Source: Deferrisomatales bacterium
GTDB taxonomy: Bacteria > Desulfobacterota > Deferrisomatia > Deferrisomatales > JACRMM01
Assembly (NCBI GenBank): GCA_033551855.1
Contig: JAWSUI010000028.1
Location: 1 to 50,286, forward strand
Direction: 5' to 3'
DNA length: 50,286 nucleotides
The position numbers and the translations under genes are program-made. This document shows positions 1 to 9,307 of this stretch, piece by piece. Position 1 is the stretch's first letter; every line of letters starts with the position of its first letter. The notes beneath the pieces were generated by a model. It had not been told where the DNA came from and ran no database searches. It worked only from the letters and a program-made list of their open reading frames with translations.

Positions 1-335
1 CTTCTATATGACTGGTTCAATGGGGCTTGTCTCGTCCATAGGTCTTGGTCTTGCCCCTCGGGCCCGGGGAGCCGGCGCAGGCTGCGCTCCACGATCCAGC
101 CCTGCCCGTCGGGGTGGCGCACCCGCACCCACTCGCCCTGGGTCCCCAGGACCTCCACCTCGGTGTCCCGCGCCAAACGCCCGATCCTCGGAGCGCTCAG
201 ATCGGGTCCGCCGCGCACATTGACGGAGCCCTCCGGCCATGCGACCACCGCCCGGTCCGCCCACGCCGGCGCCGCTGCCGCGACCGCGAGGACGAGCACC
301 GCGGCCAGGACCACCGCACCGCGGAGCACCCTCAC
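1..335 (-). CDS. Secreted bacterial SH3-domain protein; runs off the window edge; not in the ORF track
   Basis: GTG at 335 overlaps the fliN TGA (GTGA). Manual translation: VRVLRGAVVLAAVLVLAVAAAAPAWA (signal peptide), then VNVRGGPDLSAPRIGRLARDTEVEVLGTQGEWVRVRHPDGQGWI, a typical SH3b pattern. No stop before base 1. Confidence 0.8.
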   Translation of the reverse strand, partial: MRVLRGAVVLAAVLVLAVAAAAPAWADRAVVAWPEGSVNVRGGPDLSAPRIGRLARDTEVEVLGTQGEWVRVRHPDGQGWIVERSLRRLPGPEGQDQDLWTRQAPLNQSYR

Positions 336-628
336 CGCGGCGCCCCCAGGACCTGGGTCAGCCGCGCCTGGAGCCGGTCCTTGAAGATGATGATCTCGGC
401 CTGCGCGAAGACCTCCCCGTTCAAGGAGACCTCGACGGGCTCCCCCGAGGGTTTGTGCGTGACCAGCAGGGAGCCCACACGAAGCGCCAGGAGGTCACGC
501 ACCCGGGTGCGGGTGCGTCCGATCTCCACGGCCAGCCGGAGCGGGACGTCCCCCAGCGCATCCCAGTCCCGGACCCCCTGTGGGCTGTCTCCCCGGCCCG
601 CCGTCGGGGACTGCCCCACCCTGGCCAT
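332..628 (-). CDS. fliN: Flagellar C-ring protein FliN (SpoA domain)
   Basis: DVPLRLAVEIGRTR...LRVGSLL...GEPVEVSLNG SpoA signature; SD GGAGAGGAG before the ATG. Confidence 0.85.
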   Translation of the reverse strand: MARVGQSPTAGRGDSPQGVRDWDALGDVPLRLAVEIGRTRTRVRDLLALRVGSLLVTHKPSGEPVEVSLNGEVFAQAEIIIFKDRLQARLTQVLGAPR

Positions 629-700
629 CCGTGCTCCTCTCCGGAGGCGCAGCCTCCCCCGTGGGTTTCCGGCGGCAGGCCTCCTCCGCCGGCGCCTCCT

Positions 701-729
701 CCTTTACCATGCCGGGAAAGCGCATACAA
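701..729 (-). promoter_or_regulatory. Putative sigma70-type promoter for fliN
   Basis: TTGTAT-N17-TAAAGG with TG upstream of the -10; the -10 is imperfect. Confidence 0.4.
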
Positions 730-742
730 GCGGGCCTGTCTG

Positions 743-946
743 CCTGCATCCACCGGCTGGTCGCCAAGCGGAGTCCGGGAGCCCCTGCGTTTCGCCCCGC
801 GATCCGCGGCAATTCAAAGAGGTGCCCCAGCAGTCCCCGGTGCGCCGGGCTTCACCCGCTTGCGCCGGCCTCGTCGGGTCGGTGGATGCGGTGCGGGGCT
901 GCACTCCTGGGCTCCCGGACTCCGCCCCGCAATCTGCGGATTCTGG
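743..946 (-). repeat. ~205-bp inverted-repeat (MITE-like) element, copy A
   Basis: Reverse complement of 743-933 aligns ungapped to 46160-46350 (26 mismatches in 191 nt, counted by eye); perfect 17-bp internal stem GCGGAGTCCGGGAGCCC/GGGCTCCCGGACTCCGC. Confidence 0.9.
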
Positions 947-950
947 TCTG

Positions 951-993
951 CCTGAATCCACCTCCAGCTCGGCGAGCGGGGTCCGGGAATCCA
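951..993 (-). repeat. Partial tandem copy of the same element end
   Basis: cctgaatccacctccagctcggcgagcggggtccgggaatcc resembles 743-784 cctgcatccaccggctggtcgccaagcggagtccgggagccc; both are preceded by gtctg. Confidence 0.6.
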
Positions 994-1018
994 GCGCCCC
1001 CCGGGGCCGCGCGGGCCC

Positions 1019-1564
1019 TCACTGCCCGGGGCCGGACCTCCCCTGCTCCAGCCGCTGGGTGAGCTCCCGAACCCGATCCGCCGGCATGTGGTCGAAGATT
1101 CTTCCCACGTTGCGGCCGGGCAGCCGCTCGAGGATGGCCAGCGCCAGGTCGTCGTCCATCCCTTCCAGGGCCAGGGAAGCCTCCCGAGGCCTCATGGCGC
1201 CGTAGACCCGGGAGATCCGCTCGAGGCGCTCATCGACCAGCTTGTCCCGGCGGGCGATGTCGGCCTCCACGGCACGTCGCAGGGCCTGCAGCTTCTGCTC
1301 CTCTTCCGCGAGCACGTGCCGGGTCGCCTCGAGAGCGCGTTGGAGGGCCGCCAGGGACTCCTCCTGCCGCGCCAGCTCGATCTGCCGGAGCTCGATCTGC
1401 CGGTCCAGCTCCTCCAGGAGTCGCGCCCTGGCCTCAAGAGCCTCGGGGCCGTCGCGCAGGGCCGCAGGGGGCTGGGCGTGGGAGGGGGGGCAGGCCAAAG
1501 GGAGGAGGCAGAGGACGCCGCCGACGGCAGCCCGGGAGAGAAAGCGTCGGACCTCAGTGCCCAC
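1019..1564 (-). CDS. MotE/FlbB-like flagellar protein (coiled coil plus MgtE-N-like domain)
   Basis: N-terminal hydrophobic segment, coiled coil, C-terminal VYGAMRPREAS...MDDDLALAIL...GRIFDHM; follows fliJ; SD GGGAGG before GTG 1564. Confidence 0.8.
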   Translation of the reverse strand: MGTEVRRFLSRAAVGGVLCLLPLACPPSHAQPPAALRDGPEALEARARLLEELDRQIELRQIELARQEESLAALQRALEATRHVLAEEEQKLQALRRAVEADIARRDKLVDERLERISRVYGAMRPREASLALEGMDDDLALAILERLPGRNVGRIFDHMPADRVRELTQRLEQGRSGPGQ

Positions 1565-2015
1565 GGTCTTCCTCCCTGCGCCCCCGGTGTCGCGCGGCGG
1601 CGACCGCATCGATCCGGCAAGCCTCCCTTCGGCTCACGGCCGCGCGCCACGCGGCCTCGTCCCGCTCCCTGAGCTTCTCCAGGGCCTGGCGCGCCCGGTG
1701 GGCGTCGAGCACCGCCCGAGACGCGTCCTCGACCGCTCGAGAGGCGCCCTCCACGGCCTCTCTGGCTCGGCTCACTCGGCACCGCTGCAGGCCGGCGTAT
1801 CGGGAGTGCAGGCGCAGGGCCTCCGCATCCAACTCGTCCGTGCGTTTGAGGACGTCGACGTCCGATACGGCACGCCGCAGGTCCTCCTCCACGGCCTCCA
1901 GCCGGGCCCGCTCTCCTCGCAGGGTCTCCCGAGCCCGGGACAAGAACTGCTGTGCCACCTCCTCCTGCAGGCGGCGCACGGCGAGGACCCGTTCGAGCCG
2001 GAACACGAAGCCCAC
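1554..2015 (-). CDS. fliJ: Flagellar export protein FliJ
   Basis: FVFRLERVLAVR N-terminus, helical, LEKLRER and IDA near the C-terminus; directly after fliI. Confidence 0.85.
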   Translation of the reverse strand: MGFVFRLERVLAVRRLQEEVAQQFLSRARETLRGERARLEAVEEDLRRAVSDVDVLKRTDELDAEALRLHSRYAGLQRCRVSRAREAVEGASRAVEDASRAVLDAHRARQALEKLRERDEAAWRAAVSRREACRIDAVAAARHRGRREEDRGH

Positions 2016-3353
2016 TCAAGACTCCTCGGGAAACAGGCCCAGGAGCTCCCCGCGGGCGGCCTCGAGGGGCCACCCCTCCTCCACGGCCTGGGTCAGAAAG
2101 GCCTCCAGGGAATCCCGCTTTCTCACGGCCTCGTCCACATCCGCGCTCGCACCCGGCTGGTAGGCTCCGATGCTGATGAGGTCCTCGGCGCCCCGATAGG
2201 CGGCCAGGAGCCTGCGCATCCGCCCTGCGGCCCGGGAGTGGCCTGGGGTGACGAGGTCCATCATGAGGCGGCTGTTGGAAGCCAGCACGTCCACGGCGGG
2301 GTAGTGGTCGCGGGCGGCGAGCGCCCGGGAGAGCACGACGTGGCCGTCCAGGACCGACCGGACCGTGTCGGCGACCGGTTCGCTCAGATCGTCGCCCTCG
2401 ACGAGCACGGTGTACAGGCCCGTGATGGACCCCGCGCCCCTCTCCCCCATCCCCGCCCGCTCCATCAGCCGCGGCAGGGCCGCAAACACGCTGGGAGTAT
2501 ACCCCTTGGTCGTCGGGGGTTCCCCGATGGCCAGTCCGACCTCCCGCAACGCCATGGCGAACCGCGTGACGGAATCCATCAGGAGCAGCACGTCACGCCC
2601 CTGGTCCCGAAAATACTCGGCCACCGTAGCGGCCACCAGGGCACCCCGAGCTTTGACCAGGGGAGACTTCTCCGACGTGCTCACGACCACCACCGAGCGC
2701 CGGAGCCCCTCCGCCCCCAAATCCCGCTCGATGAACTCGCGCACCTCTCGCCCCCGCTCCCCGATCAACGCGATGACGTTGACGTCGGCCGAGGTGTGGC
2801 GGGCGATCATCCCCAGCAGTACGCTCTTGCCCACCCCGCTGCCGGAGAAGATCCCCATCCGCTGCCCCTTGCCGCAGGTAAGCAGACCGTCGATGACCTT
2901 CACCCCCGTGGCAAGGGGCTCGCGGATCCGCTCCCGGGAGATGGGGTTGAGCTCGCGCCCGTAGAGGGGGTACTTGCGTCGGCAGGCGGGAGGGCCCCTC
3001 TCGTCGATCGGGTTCCCGGTGCCGTCGATGACCCGGCCCAGGAGCTCCTCCCCCACCTGGCACACGCTCTGCCCGCCCGCGGCCACGACGCGGCTGCCGG
3101 GCCGGATCCCCCGCATGTCGCCGTAGGGCATCAGGAAGATCCGCCCCTCCCGGAACCCGACCACCTCGCAGGCGATGGCCCGCTGCCGTTCGAAGGCGCC
3201 CCCCTCCGGATGTACGAGGCAGATGTCCCCGACGGGGGCCTGGGGGCCCGAGGCCTCCACCACCATGCCCACCACCTGGACGACCTTCCCGTGGGGGCGG
3301 AGGACCTCCCCCGCGGCGGCAGCATGGATCTCCCGGGAGAGGTCCAGGCCCAT
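2016..3353 (-). CDS. fliI: Flagellar export ATPase FliI
   Basis: Walker A GSGVGKS, IGERGRE, DSVTRFA, GEPPTTKGY; ATG 3353 overlaps the fliH stop. Confidence 0.95.
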   Translation of the reverse strand: MGLDLSREIHAAAAGEVLRPHGKVVQVVGMVVEASGPQAPVGDICLVHPEGGAFERQRAIACEVVGFREGRIFLMPYGDMRGIRPGSRVVAAGGQSVCQVGEELLGRVIDGTGNPIDERGPPACRRKYPLYGRELNPISRERIREPLATGVKVIDGLLTCGKGQRMGIFSGSGVGKSVLLGMIARHTSADVNVIALIGERGREVREFIERDLGAEGLRRSVVVVSTSEKSPLVKARGALVAATVAEYFRDQGRDVLLLMDSVTRFAMALREVGLAIGEPPTTKGYTPSVFAALPRLMERAGMGERGAGSITGLYTVLVEGDDLSEPVADTVRSVLDGHVVLSRALAARDHYPAVDVLASNSRLMMDLVTPGHSRAAGRMRRLLAAYRGAEDLISIGAYQPGASADVDEAVRKRDSLEAFLTQAVEEGWPLEAARGELLGLFPEES

Positions 3354-4138
3354 CAAGCGCTCCGCAGCGAACGGGCGAGCTCCGCCAGTTGGGTCTCCAG
3401 GCGGGCATCGATCTCCGCGGTGGGCGTCTGGACGAGGCACCCCCCGCGCTTGACGGAGGGGTCCTCGAGAACGGTCAGCTTGCGAATGCCGTCGAAGGAC
3501 TCGAGGATCCGCGGCTTGGCCTCCAGGAGTCGCCGCAGATCCTCCGGATGCACCCGCAGGGTGAGGTTCTCCCGCTCCACGAGCAACTGGAGAGCGCGCT
3601 CCACCACCCGGATGACGGCCTCCTCGTCCCTCTCGGCGAGGGGACCGAGGAGGCGGCCGACCAGGGTCAGCGCCAGGGAGACCACCTGGCCGCGGGCGTC
3701 CTGCAGCAGCCGCTCCTTATACCCTGCGAGCTCCTCGGCGGCACGGAACAGGGCATCGGCGGCCTCCTGGAGGGCAGCTCGGCCCTCCTCTCGACCCGCG
3801 TCCAACCCCTCCCGGCGGGCCGCTTCTCCCAGAAGCCGGGCCTCCTCCCGGGCTTCGCCGAGCAGCCTCTCGGCCTGCCGGCGAGCCTCCTCCACGAGCT
3901 CTTCGCCGGAAGCCGCCGGGGCCCGCCCCGGGGGGCTTACCCCCTCCCCACCCAGCTCCGGCCACCGGTAGGTCTCGACGGCGTGCCCCGGGCCACCCGA
4001 ACCCCGCTCTTCGGCAGGCTCCAGAGGACACCAGGTGTAGGGGCGAACCCCCGTGGCGGCGTTCTTGCTCACCCCACTCCTCCCAGGCGACGGCAGCCGG
4101 AGCTTGGACGACGTGGGGCCACCCGCCCCGCGTGTCAT
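3353..4138 (-). CDS. fliH: Flagellar assembly protein FliH
   Basis: GxxxG repeats, LRVHPED, DPSVKRGGCLVQT..EIDARLETQL; alternative start GTG 4072 with a strong SD. Confidence 0.88.
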   Translation of the reverse strand: MTRGAGGPTSSKLRLPSPGRSGVSKNAATGVRPYTWCPLEPAEERGSGGPGHAVETYRWPELGGEGVSPPGRAPAASGEELVEEARRQAERLLGEAREEARLLGEAARREGLDAGREEGRAALQEAADALFRAAEELAGYKERLLQDARGQVVSLALTLVGRLLGPLAERDEEAVIRVVERALQLLVERENLTLRVHPEDLRRLLEAKPRILESFDGIRKLTVLEDPSVKRGGCLVQTPTAEIDARLETQLAELARSLRSA

Positions 4139-5145
4139 GGTATGTACTCGTCCTCCTCGCCGACGGAGAGGACGATCACGCCCTCCTCCTCCAACTGGCG
4201 AACGATTTCCGTCATGGCCGACTGTGCGTCATGGACCTCGGCGACTTTGACCGGGCCGAGGAAGGACATCTCTTCCTTCATGGTCTCGACGGCCCGCGAG
4301 CTCATGTTGCGGAACAGCTTTTCCCGAAGGGTCTCGGCGCAGCCCTTGAGGGCCAGAATGAGCGTGCGCTTGTCGGCCCGCTTGAGGATCTCCTGGACCG
4401 CTCGGTCAGGCAGGTACTCGATGTCGTCAAAGACGAACATGAACTGCCGGATGCGCCCCGCGAGGTCGGGATTCTCCTGGTCAAGCCGGTCGAGGATCTT
4501 GCGGGAGGCAGAGCGACCCAGGCGGTTGAGGACCTCGGCCACGGCCTTCACGCCGTGAACCTCCACCGAAGCGCCCGCCAGAGTGATCATCTTCTGGTCG
4601 AGCACCGTCGAGATCTTCTGTACGGCCTCGGGGCTGATCTCCTCCAGGCTCGCCATGCGCCGGGCCACCTCGATCTGGAGGTCTGGAGGCAGGCTCGCGA
4701 GGGCCTGGGCGGCCTTGCCGGCCCCCAATTGACACAGGATGAACGCGATGGTCTGAGGGTGCTCTCGCTGGATGATCTTGGACAGGAGCCGCGGGTCGGC
4801 CCTGCGCAGGCTTGCGAACCCCTCGCCCTGGTCCAGTTGTCTGTTCAGGCGGGCGAGGATCTCTCGGCACCTCTCCGGGGGCAGGCTCCGGCGCAGGATC
4901 TTCTTGGCGTACTCCGCCCCGCCCTGGAGCACGTAGCCCCGGGCCAGGGCCAGCGTGTGGAACTCCTCGAGAACGGCGTGGGCCTCTTCGGGCGACGCCT
5001 TTTCCAGAGCGGCGATCTCCCGGGTCAACTCCTGAATCTCCTCGTCGCGCAGGTGCGGGAAGACGGCCTCGGAGGCCTTCTCCCCCAGCGCGAGCAGGAA
5101 AACCGCCGCCTTGCGGAGCCCGGAAGGCTGCTCTGCCTCCGCCAT
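4135..5145 (-). CDS. fliG: Flagellar motor switch protein FliG
   Basis: RKAAVFLLALG, GGAEY, EHPQTIA, MFVFDDI, NMSSRA motifs. Confidence 0.95.
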   Translation of the reverse strand: MAEAEQPSGLRKAAVFLLALGEKASEAVFPHLRDEEIQELTREIAALEKASPEEAHAVLEEFHTLALARGYVLQGGAEYAKKILRRSLPPERCREILARLNRQLDQGEGFASLRRADPRLLSKIIQREHPQTIAFILCQLGAGKAAQALASLPPDLQIEVARRMASLEEISPEAVQKISTVLDQKMITLAGASVEVHGVKAVAEVLNRLGRSASRKILDRLDQENPDLAGRIRQFMFVFDDIEYLPDRAVQEILKRADKRTLILALKGCAETLREKLFRNMSSRAVETMKEEMSFLGPVKVAEVHDAQSAMTEIVRQLEEEGVIVLSVGEEDEYIP

Positions 5146-6683
5146 CACTCCTCCGTCATCCAGCTCCGCAGGAGCTGGGCGGCCACTTCGGGCTCGGCGT
5201 GGACCATCTCCGAGAGCCTGGCTCGGAGGGCTTCCCCCTTCAGGGGCTGGGCAGTGACGGCCACGCCTCCCGGGGAGCCCCCTTCCTGCGCTTGAGCCGC
5301 GAGCCTGCGCTCCAGCTCGGCCACCGTCACGGGTTCCGTGATCTCCGACGGCCCCCGGGAGGCCCCGAGCCACCGCAGCCCCGGACGGACAACCCCGAAT
5401 ACCACGAGGAGGGCCACGAAGGAGACCGCCCCGAAACGGGCGAGTTGGGAGGCGAGCCCCGGGTCCCATCGCGTGGTCGGTTCCTCCGGTATCTCCGCTG
5501 GGCGAAACGGGATGCTCGTCACCTCGACCTCGTCCCCCCGCGACGTGTCGGCCCCGACCGCCTTTTCCACCAGGGCCCGGATCCCCGCCAGCTCCTCAGG
5601 CGACCGGGGGACGAACTCCCGTGTGCCGCCGCCCTCCCGGTAGGTGCCGTCCACGGCCACCGCGACCGTGAGCCGGTCCAGGGACCCCGGGGCCCTCTGG
5701 ACCCGGGTCACCCTCTTGGAGACCTCGTAGCTCACCGTCTCGGAATCCCGGATGGACACCGGCCGGCTGCCATCCCCCGTGCCCCCCGGTCCGGACTCGG
5801 TGTGCCGCTGCTCGCTGCGCACGGCTACGGCCTCGGGGTCGAAGACCTCCGCGGTCTCCTCCACCCGGTCGAAGTCGAATCGGGCCGACACCTGTACCAC
5901 CGCCGTCCCGGACCCGAGAACCCGCTCGAGCATCTCACGAATCCGTCGCTCCGCCTCCCCCTCGTAGGCCCGCTTGTGCTCGAGCTGGCTCGAGGCCAGG
6001 AAACCGACCTCGTCGTCCGAGGCCCGGTGCAACACCCGTCCCTGGGTGTCCACCACGTTGACTCGCCCGGGGTCGAGGCCCGGGACGCTCGATGAGACCA
6101 GGTACACGACTGCCTGGGTCTGTTTGACGCCGAGGCTCCGGCCGGCGCCGAGTTGGAGCACCACGGACGCCGCGGCAGGCTGCTGCTCGGTCTCGAAGAG
6201 GCGCCTCTCGGGGAGCACCACGTGCACCCGGGCTCCCTCCACGCCGTCGAGCCTCCGGATCGTCCGGGTCAGCTCCCCCTCGAGGGCCCGCGTGTAGTTG
6301 ACTTTCTGAGCAAAATCGGTGATGCCGAAACTCGACCGGTCGAAGATCTCGAACCCCACCACCCCGCCGTGGGGAACCCCCTCCCCTGCCAGGAGCAACC
6401 GCAGGTCGTACACCCGCTCCGAGGGCACCAGGACGGTGCGCCCGCCGTCCTCCAGGCGGTACGGCACGGCCTCGGACCGTAGGCGCTCCACCACCTCCGC
6501 GGCGTCATCTGCCGGGAGCCTGCCGTAGAGGACCGCGTAGTCGGGAGTACCCGCCCAGAAGGCGAGCGCCGTGAAGCCAGCGGCCAGACCCGCGGCCACC
6601 GCGAAGAAGACACCTCGCTGGGCAAGGCTCAACCCGCCCCAGAGCTGCCGAAGCTGGGTCCATGCGCTCTCCCAGAACGCCAC
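5145..6683 (-). CDS. fliF: Flagellar MS-ring protein FliF
   Basis: Two TM segments, GFEIFD, RALEGELTRTI, ARVHVVLPE, RSEQ, YEVSK. Confidence 0.95.
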   Translation of the reverse strand: MAFWESAWTQLRQLWGGLSLAQRGVFFAVAAGLAAGFTALAFWAGTPDYAVLYGRLPADDAAEVVERLRSEAVPYRLEDGGRTVLVPSERVYDLRLLLAGEGVPHGGVVGFEIFDRSSFGITDFAQKVNYTRALEGELTRTIRRLDGVEGARVHVVLPERRLFETEQQPAAASVVLQLGAGRSLGVKQTQAVVYLVSSSVPGLDPGRVNVVDTQGRVLHRASDDEVGFLASSQLEHKRAYEGEAERRIREMLERVLGSGTAVVQVSARFDFDRVEETAEVFDPEAVAVRSEQRHTESGPGGTGDGSRPVSIRDSETVSYEVSKRVTRVQRAPGSLDRLTVAVAVDGTYREGGGTREFVPRSPEELAGIRALVEKAVGADTSRGDEVEVTSIPFRPAEIPEEPTTRWDPGLASQLARFGAVSFVALLVVFGVVRPGLRWLGASRGPSEITEPVTVAELERRLAAQAQEGGSPGGVAVTAQPLKGEALRARLSEMVHAEPEVAAQLLRSWMTEE

Positions 6684-6694
6684 GGCCGCGCCCC

Positions 6695-6826
6695 TCAGCT
6701 CCCCATCCGGCGAGAGCCCCGTCGTGAGAGGCGGCCTTCCTGGACGCCCCCCCTTCTCGGGTCGGCTACCCGGGGCCCCTTCGCTGACACCGGCTCGGGC
6801 ACCAGGCCTGTCATCCCTGTGCGCAT
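6695..6826 (-). CDS. Putative 43-aa small ORF in the usual fliE position
   Basis: SD GAGGAGG 5 nt before ATG 6826; MRTGMTGLVPEPVSAKGPRVADPRRGGVQEGRLSRRGSRRMGS; stop 11 nt before fliF. Confidence 0.35.
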   Translation of the reverse strand: MRTGMTGLVPEPVSAKGPRVADPRRGGVQEGRLSRRGSRRMGS

Positions 6827-7078
6827 GACGTCCTCCTCAAGCGCCGCGTGAGACCCCGCACACCCGTCGCGCCCACCCTACACCCCCTCCGCCGCGCCTG
6901 TCCAGGCCGGTCCCCGGCCTCGATTCCTACTCGGCGCGGCAAGGAACCTCCGGAAGCCCGCGCGCCCCCTTTCACCGATCCAAGGCCCTGCGGGGAGGCC
7001 CAGCTCCGTGACCCCGACGCACGGAATCCCACCGGCGTCCCCCACACGCCGTGTTGCACCCGGAGGTTCTTCCGGCAA

Positions 7079-7235
7079 ACGACCGGGTGGGCCCGGCCAC
7101 GCAGGCAGACGGCCGCTCGACGGGAGCAGCCACCTCGAGAGCAGCCATGCCGCGAGGATTCCGGCTGCGGCGCGGGAGCGCACTTACCGTTCAGCCCGGC
7201 ATCGTCTGCCGGAGGGGGCGGGCCCACCCGGTCGT
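7079..7235. repeat. 157-bp hairpin/MITE-like element with perfect 17-bp terminal inverted repeats
   Basis: acgaccgggtgggcccg (7079-7095) and cgggcccacccggtcgt (7219-7235); inner stem ggcagacg/cgtctgcc. Confidence 0.75.
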
Positions 7236-7303
7236 CCCTGGACAACGGGTACCCGGTCACTTCCCGGATGAACCCAACCGGAGCATCTCCGGTACGCAGC
7301 CAT

Positions 7304-9307
7304 TCACGGGTCTCCCCCGACCCCTTCCCAGGAGCCCGACAGTTCCAAGTGGACCCGGGCCAGCCCGGAAAAGGGAGGAGATCCCTCTTCGACCAGACCC
7401 CGCAGCGCGGCGTCGGCCCCGACCAGGTTCCCCGCGGCCCGTTCGGCCAGGGCAAGCAAGTAGCGATCCTCCGGCGCCAGCTCCGGCAGGCTCCGAAGCA
7501 GGCGCGCAGCCGTCTGGCCGTCGCCGGAAGCGTACCGCAGGCGCGCTTCCACCAGGCGGCCGTGGGCGTCCCACCCCTGGCGCTCCGCGCCCGCGGGCAG
7601 AGTCTGCCACAGGGCACGGCGTTGCAGCAGGGCCTCCAGGAGCTCCGGGGTCGCTGCCCTCGGGGCGAACAAGGCATCCGCCTCGGCGAGAAGCCCGACA
7701 CGCTCGTCGGCGCCCGGCGCCACCCCCAAGGCCTCCAGGTACGTCTGCCTCGCCCGCTCCAGGTCCCCTGCGGCAGCCAACGTCCGGGCCAGGGTTCGGA
7801 GAGTCCTCCAATCCCTCTGCGCCTCGACAAGGGCCAGCCGCGCCTCCGCGTCGCCTTCCGCCGCCCGTGCTCGCAGGAGGCGGGCGGACAGCTCCTCGGC
7901 GGAGATCGCCCGCGTGCCGCGGCTCAACAAGTCCTCGTACAGGGGCTTGGCAAGGGCCGGGGTCCCGAGCCGCTCGTACGCTTGGGCCGCCCGCAGGGTC
8001 AGAGACCCGGTCTCCCGGGTCGGCACCCAGGCGATCGCCTCCCGAAGGGCCGCGTACACCACGACGACGTCGGCATGGGCCCCTGCCTGGGCCCTCTCGT
8101 CCAGATAGCCCTCCAGCAGGGCGATGAAGCTCTCATAGGCGCGGCCGGACTCGGGGCTCTCAGGGTAATCACGAAAGGCCCGGATCAGCAGCCCCAAAGC
8201 CTCCTCCACCTGTCCCTCCCTCTCGAGCAGGATGGCGAGGCCCCCTAGAGCCCTCTGGGCCGCCAGGGGATCGCGGCCGGCTGCCACCTCTTCCAGCGTG
8301 GGACCCGGCCGGTGAAACACGCGGTGCGCAGGAACCAACTCCGCGAGCTCGACCCGACCGGAGTGCTCGGCCCCCAGGAGGGCGAGGCGCAGCACCCCCT
8401 CGCGGGCCACGGCGGGGGTGGTGCCGCCGCCGAGGAGCCCCGCGTAGGCCCGAGCCGCACGGAGCACGTCGCCCTGTGACTCCCAGAGCTCTCCGACCGA
8501 AAGGAGCGCCTGCCCGCCGGCATCGGTCCCGGCCCGGTCTGCCGCCAAGCGCTCCAGGACGTCGGCCGCCTCCGCCAGCCTGCCTTCCCGGCGGAGCAGT
8601 GCCGCCAGAGCATGGCCGGTCTCCGGCCGAACGAGCCAGGCGTTCGGGGAGTGCTCCTGCGCCTCCCGGAAGCGCTGCCGCGCGGCGTCGTCATCCCCCA
8701 GGGCCGCCTCCGCCTCCCCCAGCAGGTACAGGACGATGGCCCGCCCCGGTTCTGCCCCGTGCCGATCCAGCCACCAAAGGAGGGTGTCGCGCCCCTCCGC
8801 CCAGCGGCCCGACTCCAGGTGGAGCACCGCCGCGTCGAAGCGCAGGGCGGGGGCCCAGGGGCCTTCGGGACCTCGCAGGGCCTCCCGGTACCAGGCCTCC
8901 GCTTCCCGGTCGAACCCGAGCCCCCGGTGGAGATTGCCGAGCATGAAGCGGACCCAAGCCACCTCGGCAGGGTCACCCGCCTCCGCTTCGAGGGCACGGT
9001 AAAGGCGCAGGGCCTCTGTGAGGGCACTCCCCCCCACCTGGTACAGGGCATCGGCCCGGAGCCCCCGAAGTTGCGTCCCGCCGGGCCCGGGCGGGAGGGG
9101 CACGCGGCCCAGAATCCCGGCGACCCGGCCGGGGTCCGACGCCAGAAGGGCCCGGGCCTCGGATGCCAAGGAACAGAGCTCTTGCACCACCTCTCCCCGG
9201 AGGAAGGGGCTCCAGCCGGGCTCCACCCGGGCGAGAAGGCGGGCGTGGGCCGGGCCCGAGAGGAGGAGGGCAATTCCCAGCAGCCCCGCCCAGCGCACAC
9301 GGCTCAT
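7304..9307 (-). CDS. Exported tetratricopeptide-repeat protein
   Basis: ATG 9307 overlaps the flhG stop; signal peptide MSRVRWAGLLGIALLLSGPAHA; TPR-like units such as LYLLGEAEAALGDDDAARQRF and FRDYPESP. Confidence 0.8.
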   Translation of the reverse strand: MSRVRWAGLLGIALLLSGPAHARLLARVEPGWSPFLRGEVVQELCSLASEARALLASDPGRVAGILGRVPLPPGPGGTQLRGLRADALYQVGGSALTEALRLYRALEAEAGDPAEVAWVRFMLGNLHRGLGFDREAEAWYREALRGPEGPWAPALRFDAAVLHLESGRWAEGRDTLLWWLDRHGAEPGRAIVLYLLGEAEAALGDDDAARQRFREAQEHSPNAWLVRPETGHALAALLRREGRLAEAADVLERLAADRAGTDAGGQALLSVGELWESQGDVLRAARAYAGLLGGGTTPAVAREGVLRLALLGAEHSGRVELAELVPAHRVFHRPGPTLEEVAAGRDPLAAQRALGGLAILLEREGQVEEALGLLIRAFRDYPESPESGRAYESFIALLEGYLDERAQAGAHADVVVVYAALREAIAWVPTRETGSLTLRAAQAYERLGTPALAKPLYEDLLSRGTRAISAEELSARLLRARAAEGDAEARLALVEAQRDWRTLRTLARTLAAAGDLERARQTYLEALGVAPGADERVGLLAEADALFAPRAATPELLEALLQRRALWQTLPAGAERQGWDAHGRLVEARLRYASGDGQTAARLLRSLPELAPEDRYLLALAERAAGNLVGADAALRGLVEEGSPPFSGLARVHLELSGSWEGVGGDP

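Noticed and set aside
7079..7235. 6S RNA or c-di-GMP riboswitch call
   Set aside because: No recognisable conserved 6S or GEMM sequence blocks and no zapA/ygfA context; kept only as an unassigned hairpin.
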